Source: Ostreococcus lucimarinus | Lineage: Eukaryota | Reading direction: 5' to 3' (one strand) | DNA: 64,000 nt | NCBI GenBank assembly: GCA_000092065.1 | Contig: CP000587.1 | Part shown: positions 40,715 to 48,899 of the stretch, one piece after another | How the letters are laid out: every line of letters begins with the position of its first letter | How positions within the stretch are numbered: the first letter of the stretch is position 1 | The notes under the pieces: generated by a model | What the model was told of the DNA's origin: nothing | What the model saw: the letters and a program-made list of their open reading frames with translations, nothing else | The model's database searches: none | Program-made: the position numbers and the translations under genes

Positions 40715-43117
40715 ATGTCCTCGCTCGAGGCGATTCGCTACGCGCGCGGAAACCTCGAGCTGCTCGATCAGCTCGCGCTGCCGCTGGAGACGAAATACAT
40801 CGACGTGCGCGACTGCAACGCGTGCTGGCGATGTATCAAAGATATGAACGTGCGAGGAGCGCCGGCGATCGCGATCGCAGCGGCGCTGGCGCTGGCGGTG
40901 GAGCTAGAGGCGAAGCGAGGGACGCTGACGACGTGCGAGGCGGCGGAGGCGTTCGTGCGCGAGCGGTTTGATCACATGTACACGTCGAGACCGACGGCGG
41001 TGAACTTGGGGGAGGCGAAAAATAGGATACAAGCACTCGCAAAGCGATTGAGTGAAAGCGGAGACGTGTCAGGGATGATTGAAGGGGTGATTGAAGGATG
41101 CGAGGCGATGCACGCCGAGGACGTGGCGTCGTGCAGAGCCATCGGAGACAAGGGTGCTGCGGCGCTGTTGCGCGCGTGCGGCGCTAAAGATGGAGAAAAT
41201 ATCAAAGTGATGACGTGCTGTAACACTGGATCGCTCGCGACGGCGGGCTACGGTACTGCGTTGGGGGTGATTCGTGCTCTTTGGGAGTCGGGGCGACTCG
41301 AGCGGGCGTATTGCTTGGAGACGCGGCCGTACAATCAAGGGTCGAGGTTGACCGCGTACGAGCTGGTGTACGAAAAAATTCCAGGGACGTTGATTTGTGA
41401 TAATATGGCGGCGGCGCTCATGGCACGAGGAGACGTGGACGCGATCGTCGTGGGTGCGGATAGAGTCGCCGCAAACGGCGACTTTGCTAACAAAATCGGC
41501 ACCTATTCGCTCGCGGTGAACGCGAAGCATCACGGAGTGCCCATGTTCACCGCAGCACCGGTGACGACGTTAGATCCCGAGACGGCGACTGGGGCAGATA
41601 TTCACATCGAAGAACGACCGGGCGAAGAAGTGACGCACTCGCTCGGTAAGCGTGTGGCGGCGGAAGGAATAGACGTGTGGAACCCATCCTTCGACGTGAC
41701 CCCTGCGGCGCTCCTCACGGGTGTCATCACGGAGCACGGTGTGATTGAAAAGAACGCCAGTGGATTGTTTCCCGTTGCAGACTTCGTAGCTCAAGCAAAG
41801 GGAGGTACATTGACGGTCGCAAAGCCGAGCGGTCCACCGGGATTCATCGCACTTAATTGCGAAACCGTACTCGATTACGCAGCGTCAAAGGAAAACGTTG
41901 CCAAAGTTTTGGGAGGCGCCTCGACGCGCGCGTCGTGGTCGGCGAAAGAAATCGGTGACGGTAACATCAACTTTGTCTACATCGTCACCGGTGCGTCTGC
42001 AAATAAATCCGTCATCGTGAAGCAAGGTTTGCCATTCGTACGCTGTGTTGGCGAAAGTTGGCCCCTCACGCAGGAGCGCGTTCGATATGAAGCCGAGGCG
42101 CTCATTCAAGCGCACAAATTTTGCCCCGAGCACGTCCCGGAAGTGTACGTGTACGACGCTACGATGGCAACTATCGTCATGCGATACCTAGAACCACCGC
42201 ACATCATCCTCCGAGGCGGTATTATTGAAGGTAAAGTGTACCCAAAGTTGGCCGAACACGTCGGCGAATACTTGGCGACGACACTCTACAAGTCGTCCGC
42301 GTTGGCCGTCGGCGGTGCCGAACTTCGACGCGCACGTCAAGCTTTCGGGCAAAACGAGGATATGTGCGAGCTCACTGAACAAGTCATCTTCACCGAACCG
42401 TACGGTAAGGCTGATAACAATCATTGGACGACGCCACAGCTCGACGACATCGTCGGCGAGATTCAATCCGACGCCGCACTCAAGCGCGCCATCAACGCGC
42501 TGAAGGAAAAATTTATGACTGAAGCGCAAGCGCTGCTGCACGGCGACTTGCACACCGGCTCTTTGATGTGCACGGAGACGACAACATTCGCGATCGACAA
42601 CGAGTTCGCGTTTTATGGGCCGATGGGATTCGACATTGGCGCATTTTTAGCAAACCTACTGTTAGCCTACTTCTCTCAAAACGGTTGGGCGAAGTGCAAC
42701 GGAGAAGATCGCGGCGCACAACGCGACTGGCTCTTGAGCGCTTTTGCGTCTACGTGGGGTATATTCGAAAAACGTTTCTTAGAACAGTGGAACGAACAAG
42801 GAGTGCGCGACGACTGTGGTGGTTTGTCGCCCGCAATTTTGTACGGTAAAGATGTGAAGAGCGGCGCGAGCGCTCTCGAGGAACATCAACGCACGTTCAT
42901 GCGAAAGATATGGGCCGATACTCTCGGTTTCGCGGGTGCTAAAATGATTCGTCGCATCATCGGCATCGCGCACGTCGCTGATTTGGATAAGATACCAGAC
43001 GCCAACGTACGCGCCCAGTGCGAACGCGCGGCGTTAAAGTGCGGTCGCGAGCTCATGCTCAACGCGACGACGCTCACGCCCGAGTCGATCGTCGACGTCG
43101 TGAAAAGCTGCGAGTAG
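40715..43117 (+). CDS. mtnA-mtnK: fused methylthioribose-1-phosphate isomerase (MtnA, eIF2B-like) + methylthioribose kinase (MtnK) bifunctional methionine-salvage protein
   Basis: Track ORF 40658..43117 starts at GTG. ATG at 40715 gives MSSLEAIRYARGNLELLDQLALPLETKYIDVRDCNACWRCIKDMNVRGAPAIAIAAALALAV (canonical MtnA N-terminus), through ...TRPYNQGSRLTAYEL...GADRVAANGD...FDVTPAALLTGVITEHGV. Then a linker at about aa 375-395. Then the MtnK-type kinase (SAKEIGDGNINFVYIV..., LHGDLHTGSLM, APH-like), ending ...VVKSCE*. Confidence 0.8.
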   Translation: MSSLEAIRYARGNLELLDQLALPLETKYIDVRDCNACWRCIKDMNVRGAPAIAIAAALALAVELEAKRGTLTTCEAAEAFVRERFDHMYTSRPTAVNLGEAKNRIQALAKRLSESGDVSGMIEGVIEGCEAMHAEDVASCRAIGDKGAAALLRACGAKDGENIKVMTCCNTGSLATAGYGTALGVIRALWESGRLERAYCLETRPYNQGSRLTAYELVYEKIPGTLICDNMAAALMARGDVDAIVVGADRVAANGDFANKIGTYSLAVNAKHHGVPMFTAAPVTTLDPETATGADIHIEERPGEEVTHSLGKRVAAEGIDVWNPSFDVTPAALLTGVITEHGVIEKNASGLFPVADFVAQAKGGTLTVAKPSGPPGFIALNCETVLDYAASKENVAKVLGGASTRASWSAKEIGDGNINFVYIVTGASANKSVIVKQGLPFVRCVGESWPLTQERVRYEAEALIQAHKFCPEHVPEVYVYDATMATIVMRYLEPPHIILRGGIIEGKVYPKLAEHVGEYLATTLYKSSALAVGGAELRRARQAFGQNEDMCELTEQVIFTEPYGKADNNHWTTPQLDDIVGEIQSDAALKRAINALKEKFMTEAQALLHGDLHTGSLMCTETTTFAIDNEFAFYGPMGFDIGAFLANLLLAYFSQNGWAKCNGEDRGAQRDWLLSAFASTWGIFEKRFLEQWNEQGVRDDCGGLSPAILYGKDVKSGASALEEHQRTFMRKIWADTLGFAGAKMIRRIIGIAHVADLDKIPDANVRAQCERAALKCGRELMLNATTLTPESIVDVVKSCE

Positions 43118-43202
43118 TCGCGAGTTGGCTTATATTAGTGCAGTATAAATACAACAACTACAACGAAATAACAACACGCGCGCGTATGCTTTCTATACAT
43201 GA

Positions 43203-45947
43203 CTACCTCGTCTTGCGTTTGTCCAACCACTTTGTGGCCGACGACTTCGTAGACGATCGCGCATCTTCGCGGCGCACATCCTTTGCCTCGACTTTTGGCC
43301 CGTAAGGGATGTGTGATCGAGTGATTTGCATCAAACCAAAAGCAGAAATCGGCATGAATGATATTTTTCCTCGATCACGTGTCGCCGCATCCGCGAACTC
43401 CGCCTCAATCTGTCTATATATTTGATCTCGCGTTTTGGGATTGCCCGCGTTGACAAAGTCAATCACGATGATTCCCGAAATATTCCTCCGCCTAATTTCC
43501 GCCGCTGCGGTGCGAGCAGCCATGACATTGATTTCCGCCACACTCATACGGCTCGAGCCGGTGTTTACATCGATCGCTGTCAGCGCTTCTGTGGATTGAA
43601 TCACGAGCTGCGCCGACTGCGTATCTGGAATCGTCACGCGTTCGCTAAACGTCCTCGCGCGTCGGATCAAGTTTTGCATTTTCACTTGAGACCCCACGCG
43701 GACGACGGTTTGCATTTCTTCGGTATCCGCGCGCAGCGTCGACACGCTCTTTGTGATTTCTTCAAGTTCTTCCGGCTTGCTGTCGTTCGGCATGACGATG
43801 CTGTGAATGTTCGTGCTCGCGAGCTCGCGAAGAACCATTCCTTTGAAATTTGTGTTGTCGCGCCACAATAATCGCGGCACCAAAGGCTGCTGCCGCTTCC
43901 GCGACTTCGTGACGGATTTCGCAGCACTGATGCACATAGACTTCCACCGACGCGTGAGTTCGCTTACCTCGCGCGTGACCACGTCCGGAGGCGCGCTCGC
44001 GCTCGCGGAGCGCATGATGAGATGCGCGCCGCCGCCGTGAAACCCGGTGAAAAGAGGCGCTTCATTCTTATCTTTTATCTTCTCGAGGCCATATCGCCAC
44101 GTTTGCTTCAAAGTATTCTCGCCCCACTGCGCGAGCGAGTCGCGCGTCACGACGCTCAATTTCTTACTGGCGTGCGCGCTTACCCCATTCGCCGTGCCTT
44201 TGAAAACCGTAAACCGTCCGGTGAGGCTCGGCTCCGCCGTCGCGATCGCGCCTTTGTGTTCCCGTGAATCTCGAATGATTTCAAGAATCACGGCATCGCC
44301 GATGTTATACATTCCAAAGGCTTGCTTACCAGCGCGCGCAAGCTGGTCGTTCATATCCGAATGCATCATGGAGCTGATGAGCTTCATCTCGACGTCTTCG
44401 TCTTCATCCGGTAGAGACACTTCCGACGCCTCGATGACGACTTTGTCGCTCTCTTGGCCTTTCCACCAAGCCGCCGGCTGTGACAGACCGTCGCGCAGTA
44501 ACACCGTCTTTGTAAACTTGCCATTCTTCGTCGCCACGCCGACGAGCAGTGATTTCATGTTCGGCACCTTGCTCACCACCGTACCGAGATAGACGTCGCC
44601 GACGCGCATCGCTTGGTCGCCTTCTTCTTCGTCGCGAACGTTTTCCAAAATCTCCACCGCCTCACCGTCCTCCGTCAGAACCGCGCAGTCGTCGCTCGGG
44701 AACCAAATCTCCGTCTTCACGTTCCGATCGTCTCTCGCGCGCAGAGACTTGCTCGCACCGCCGGTGTAGTACTGAAGCACTTGTTTCAGCGCCGGTTCGT
44801 TCATGCGAAACGTATCCGTCAGAGACGTAAACTCTCGCTTCTCTTCGGTCCACACGTCGACAACCTCCACCATGAACGCGTAGCTCGGAAGCATTAGCGC
44901 GCTCGTCCCACTTCTCCACACGTAGGTCGGCCCCGTGCTCTCGGCGACGTCGTCAATCACCGCGAAATTATACTCGCACACCACGCACTCCTCGCCGACC
45001 ACGCGACTCGTCGGCACCTCCAAACAAACCGTCGCGCTCCACCAATCGTTCCCTTCGGGCGCGCACCGAATCGACCCTCCCAGCACTCGCCACGTCCCGA
45101 GCTCGGCCGTCGACCCGACGAGCACGACGCGCTGCCCGAACCGCGTTCGTTTCCGCACTCGAAACGTCGTCACGCATCGTCCCGGCGTCCCGATCAGCGC
45201 GAACGCCCCTCCGTCCCCCCTCGCGAGCCCTGGTCCGCTCCCCGACGTCGACGTCATTCTCGCCCCCTCCTCCTCGCTCCGACTCGCCCGTTCCTCTTCC
45301 TCGAACCGATTCGCCCTTCGTCCCGCGCGTCTCTCCTCCCCCGCGCCCGTCCCGCGCGATCGTCCGCTCTCCAGCACCACCGCCATGTCCGCCCGCGCCG
45401 TCGCGCGCGCCTCCTCCGACGCCTCGCGCCCCTCCCCCGCTTCCTCACCCGTCGCCCGCGTCCATCGCGCGTCCATCGCGTCCATCGCGCGCCGATCCAT
45501 CGCGCGCCAGCGCGGCATCGTCGTCCCGAACCGTCGCGCCCCCGTCCTCGTCGCGCGCGTCCGCCTCGCGCCGCTCGCGCGCGCGCCGCGCACGCGCGCC
45601 ATCGCGTCCACCGGCATCGGCGCTCGCGCGCGCGCGTCGGCGTCGCGGTGCGTCGCGGTGCGTCGCGATTCGATCCGTCGTCGCGCTCGCGAAATATCTT
45701 TGTCGTCGTTCGAATCGAATCGAATCGAATCGCGCGCGCGCGCGGCCCGCGCGTCCGTCGCGCGTCCATCGCGTCGCTCGATTCGCGATCGTCGTCGACG
45801 TCGCGATCGGTCGCGATCGGTCGCCGGGTCGTCGCGCGTCCGTGAACGCGTCGATTCGGATTCGTCCCGCGCGGGACGCGATGGCGCGACGGCGCGAACG
45901 ACGGATGGCGCGGCACACGACGACGACGGCGACGACGACGACCGCAT
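43203..45947 (-). CDS. RNE: RNase E/G-family endoribonuclease (plastid-type) with N-terminal CBM20 starch-binding-like domain
   Basis: ATG at 45947 (MRSSSSPSSSCAAPSVVRAVAPSRPARDESES, transit-like), then about 200 aa of R/D/E-rich low complexity; an alternative ATG lies at 45257 (MTSTSGSG). CBM20-like: RFGQRVVLVGSTAELGTWRVLGGSIRCAPEGNDWWSATVCLEVPTSRVVGEECVVCEYNFAVIDD...YVWRSG. S1 domain: GDVYLGTVVSKVPNMKSLLVGV. Catalytic core: IDVNTGSSRMSVAEINVMAARTAAAEIRRRNISGIIVIDFVNAGNPKTRDQIYRQIEAEF...ISAFGLMQITR (cf. E. coli IDINSAR...GGLIVIDFIDM...ISRFGLLEMSR). Confidence 0.75.
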   Translation of the reverse strand: MRSSSSPSSSCAAPSVVRAVAPSRPARDESESTRSRTRDDPATDRDRSRRRRRSRIERRDGRATDARAARARDSIRFDSNDDKDISRARRRIESRRTATHRDADARARAPMPVDAMARVRGARASGARRTRATRTGARRFGTTMPRWRAMDRRAMDAMDARWTRATGEEAGEGREASEEARATARADMAVVLESGRSRGTGAGEERRAGRRANRFEEEERASRSEEEGARMTSTSGSGPGLARGDGGAFALIGTPGRCVTTFRVRKRTRFGQRVVLVGSTAELGTWRVLGGSIRCAPEGNDWWSATVCLEVPTSRVVGEECVVCEYNFAVIDDVAESTGPTYVWRSGTSALMLPSYAFMVEVVDVWTEEKREFTSLTDTFRMNEPALKQVLQYYTGGASKSLRARDDRNVKTEIWFPSDDCAVLTEDGEAVEILENVRDEEEGDQAMRVGDVYLGTVVSKVPNMKSLLVGVATKNGKFTKTVLLRDGLSQPAAWWKGQESDKVVIEASEVSLPDEDEDVEMKLISSMMHSDMNDQLARAGKQAFGMYNIGDAVILEIIRDSREHKGAIATAEPSLTGRFTVFKGTANGVSAHASKKLSVVTRDSLAQWGENTLKQTWRYGLEKIKDKNEAPLFTGFHGGGAHLIMRSASASAPPDVVTREVSELTRRWKSMCISAAKSVTKSRKRQQPLVPRLLWRDNTNFKGMVLRELASTNIHSIVMPNDSKPEELEEITKSVSTLRADTEEMQTVVRVGSQVKMQNLIRRARTFSERVTIPDTQSAQLVIQSTEALTAIDVNTGSSRMSVAEINVMAARTAAAEIRRRNISGIIVIDFVNAGNPKTRDQIYRQIEAEFADAATRDRGKISFMPISAFGLMQITRSHIPYGPKVEAKDVRREDARSSTKSSATKWLDKRKTR

Positions 45948-47454
45948 GGGGTGCGCGAGCTCGAAAACGGGCGACGCGACGGCGCCGGCGCGCGACGACG
46001 GCGCGCGCGACGACGGCGCGGCGACGACGAGGACGCGAGACGGGGACGATGGATCGGCGCGCGCGGCGACGGACGGCGACGGCGACGGCGCGAGCGGGAC
46101 GACGGCGGACGCGATGGCGGACGGGTCGAGCGCGATGCTCGCGCGCGCGGTGACGACGTACGAGGACGCGACGACGGCGGCGATGCACGCGGCGGCGGCG
46201 AGGGTGCGCGAGCGATGGGGGACGACGAGGGACGCGGGCGCGGCGTGGCGGTTTTGGCTGGCGGAGGAGACGACGGTGAGCGCGCTGACGACGCCGCTGG
46301 GCGGGAGCTCGATCGAGGTCGGCGCGAGGGATGACTTGTCGGTGATGATGTGCGCGCACGACGCGCTGGAGGCGCCGGTGGGGGGGTGGGAGGGGCGAGT
46401 CGCGTGCTGCCCGCGAGCGTTCGCGGTGGACGCGCACCTGACGGTGGACGGGAAGAGGTTTGAAGACGCGCACGCGTGCGCGGGGGAGCCGGATTACGAT
46501 CGCGAACGCGCGATCGAGGCGGGACTCGACGATGCGGGGCTTTACGCGAGCGAGGCGCGTGAGGCGGCGCGACGGGTGTTGAGGCGCGAACGCGACGGCG
46601 GCGGCAAACCGTGGTGCACCGTCTTCGGCTCGCGCTTCTCCGAGGGTAATCACTTCGTGCATTTACCGTTGATCGCGGATTACCTCGACGGGGCGATTTT
46701 GGATCCGTTTAGTAAATCGTACGCGCACTCGCTGATGTGGCGTTGGGCGGAGGTGTGCGAGAAAATCGGCCCGGGCGAGCACGAGGTGACGCTGCGATGC
46801 GCGCCGCTCGGCGTGTTCGTTCCCGCCGCCGGCGCGTGTCGTTTGGTCGGGTACGACGAAGCGAAGCACGGCAGTGATAAGGGATTCAAAGCGTTCTTAC
46901 AATCGCTCGATACTGAGTACGAGACGTCGGCGAGCGCGGCCGGGATGAGTGCGACGTTTACCATCAAGTTGCACCCGAATCATTGCGCCGGCAAGAAGAT
47001 TGAGCGGCGAGCGCAAGAGTGGGCGCCGGATTGGCCCGCGGATGAAATCGCGGAGTGCTACACCACGGCGCTACAGTTAGCGAATACCGGCCCACCAGGT
47101 GCGATGGCGGCACAGATGACCCCGGGCGCGACGTGTTGCCACGTCGTTTTACCCACCACAGATGGACACAGCGGCATCGCCGAAGTCAAGGACCGCGACG
47201 GTCGAACGCTGTACCACGAATTCCACGCGTGGGGCTTGTTCCGAGGCGTCGACGGCGAGCTGGAAGCGCGTACTGGCGCTCAAATCAAGTTCCGCTGCGT
47301 TAAGTCGTGCGTGAACGGCGAACCGACCGGGGTGTGGATGGCGAAGGACTACGATCCACGTCCGTGCAACGGGCTTTTGCTGAAGAACAAATTTATCGAT
47401 CAGGCCATCGCTCGCGACGATGAGCACATAAAGATCCCGAGTGGCGTGGCCTAG
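45946..47454 (+). CDS. N-myristoylated/palmitoylated (MGCASSK) protein of unknown function
   Basis: Track ORF 44935..47454; its first ~337 codons are antisense to the RNase E CDS and low complexity. ATG at 45946 gives MGCASSKTGDATAPARDDG... The body after about 46190 is non-repetitive (WRFWLAEETTVSALTTPLGGSSIEVGARDDLSVMMCAHDALEAP...GNHFVHLPLIADYLDG...). No family recognised. The start is inferred. Confidence 0.45.
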   Translation: MGCASSKTGDATAPARDDGARDDGAATTRTRDGDDGSARAATDGDGDGASGTTADAMADGSSAMLARAVTTYEDATTAAMHAAAARVRERWGTTRDAGAAWRFWLAEETTVSALTTPLGGSSIEVGARDDLSVMMCAHDALEAPVGGWEGRVACCPRAFAVDAHLTVDGKRFEDAHACAGEPDYDRERAIEAGLDDAGLYASEAREAARRVLRRERDGGGKPWCTVFGSRFSEGNHFVHLPLIADYLDGAILDPFSKSYAHSLMWRWAEVCEKIGPGEHEVTLRCAPLGVFVPAAGACRLVGYDEAKHGSDKGFKAFLQSLDTEYETSASAAGMSATFTIKLHPNHCAGKKIERRAQEWAPDWPADEIAECYTTALQLANTGPPGAMAAQMTPGATCCHVVLPTTDGHSGIAEVKDRDGRTLYHEFHAWGLFRGVDGELEARTGAQIKFRCVKSCVNGEPTGVWMAKDYDPRPCNGLLLKNKFIDQAIARDDEHIKIPSGVA

Positions 47455-47509
47455 GTACTCATCTCCATCTAATATTGACTTAATCCTACAAACGTGGACG
47501 CGTCGTCGT

Positions 47510-48664
47510 CTAACTGTTGTTTTCCGTCGCTCCGTACGAATCGTCATTGAATTCCGCGAAGAGCCAATTCTCGTACTGCTTGGACTTCTTCCCCGATCCA
47601 TACATCATGACTGCGTTTACGACGAGAGACGCGATGCCAAGGAACGCGACGCCTGCACCCACGGTCGTGGACAGCGCGAGAACGTCGAACTTACGCCCAA
47701 CTCCATCCACTGCAAAGCGAATCCTCGGCCCGTAGCCCTTGACCAAAAGCCTCACGTCTTTGGAATTTCCCGTTTGGTTGTACGTCACGCCTTGCATCGG
47801 TGCCGGTTCGCCCACGTTATGCGCAGAGACCCAACGGATATTATAGCCTTTCGACAGTGTGTTTATCTCCGAATCGGTGACTTGACGCACCTTATACGGC
47901 GTCTTCGGCGCGCACGATTCGATGCCTCGATCGAGATCGCAGTCAAACTGCACGTCCAAGCGACCGTCCCAACCTTTCTTCGCGATATCTTCCACGCGCA
48001 TTCCGCCGCTCGCGAGCAAATCATTCAAGGTCCATAAATTCCATCCCATCGTAGGCTCAGTACCGTTCAAGTTCGTCCACAGTAAGTTCCCGTCGCCCTT
48101 TTTATTTGGGATTCCTGGAAACTCGACGCTGATTCGAGTAAAGACGGTGAAATTTCCCACATTTTCCAGCACGTTCACACGGTCGTCCTCTGGTTCACCA
48201 GGACACCAGCCCTCGATTTCGCACCGCTTTTCTCCCGAGCTTCCGCCCGCGTCCACGCACGCTCCCGTCATCCGCCCGCTCGCGCTAAACGCCCCCGCTC
48301 GACAAATCGACGCGTCCTCCGTGCACGCCTCGTCGTCGTCCATTCCCGGGCACCGTCCTCTCGCTTGCAGCGTCGTCATCAGCGCCGTCGCCACAAAAAA
48401 TCCACTCGGTTCATATATCACCAAATCATTCGCGTCGTACACCGTCTCCAGCCCCGTCGCCGCGTCTCGCAGCACCGCCTGGCCTTTGATTTTCAAACCA
48501 ATGTTCCCAACCGCCTGCGACCGCAGCTGGTAGCCGTGCTTGAGGTACACCAGATACCATCCGACGTAGCTCAGAACGACGCCGACGATGGCGTAATACA
48601 GCGCGCCGAGTCGCCACGAGCGAATGACGACGCTCTTTTGCGTCGTGTACGACAGTCCCACCAT
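47510..48664 (-). CDS. P2X: P2X purinoceptor-like ATP-gated cation channel
   Basis: ATG at 48664. TM1 region YTTQKSVVIRSWRLGALYYAIVGVVLSYVGWYLVYLKHGYQ (cf. P2X YETxKSVVVKSW...). Ten extracellular Cys. Signature GWDGRLDVQFDCDLD (P2X GxxGxxxxxxxCDLD), NFTVFTRISVEF, K..Y.IRWV. TM2 VGAGVAFLGIASLVVNAVMMY. Confidence 0.85.
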   Translation of the reverse strand: MVGLSYTTQKSVVIRSWRLGALYYAIVGVVLSYVGWYLVYLKHGYQLRSQAVGNIGLKIKGQAVLRDAATGLETVYDANDLVIYEPSGFFVATALMTTLQARGRCPGMDDDEACTEDASICRAGAFSASGRMTGACVDAGGSSGEKRCEIEGWCPGEPEDDRVNVLENVGNFTVFTRISVEFPGIPNKKGDGNLLWTNLNGTEPTMGWNLWTLNDLLASGGMRVEDIAKKGWDGRLDVQFDCDLDRGIESCAPKTPYKVRQVTDSEINTLSKGYNIRWVSAHNVGEPAPMQGVTYNQTGNSKDVRLLVKGYGPRIRFAVDGVGRKFDVLALSTTVGAGVAFLGIASLVVNAVMMYGSGKKSKQYENWLFAEFNDDSYGATENNS

Positions 48665-48899
48665 GGTTCAACACCCAGGCGAAGGCGTTCCGACGCGTCG
48701 CCGGTCGCGTCGCGTCGCTCGCGTCGCGTCGCGCGGGCGTCGCGCTTCGAGCGCGCGCGTCCGAGCGCGCTCGGCGCCGTCGCGTCGGCGCTCGGTCGAG
48801 CGCGTCGCTGTGCGGACGCGAGCTCGCTCGCTCGGCACCGCGCTCGACGCGCGTCTCCGCACTCGACGCCGCGTCGCCGTCGCCGCGCTCGGCGTCGTC

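Noticed and set aside
44935-45945. 5' third of ORF 44935..47454(+) and ORFs 45254..45916(-), 45445..46662(-)
   Set aside because: Antisense to, or overlapping, the RNase E/G CDS; low-complexity Ser/Arg/Pro strings. The plus gene most plausibly begins at the MGCASSK ATG (45946).
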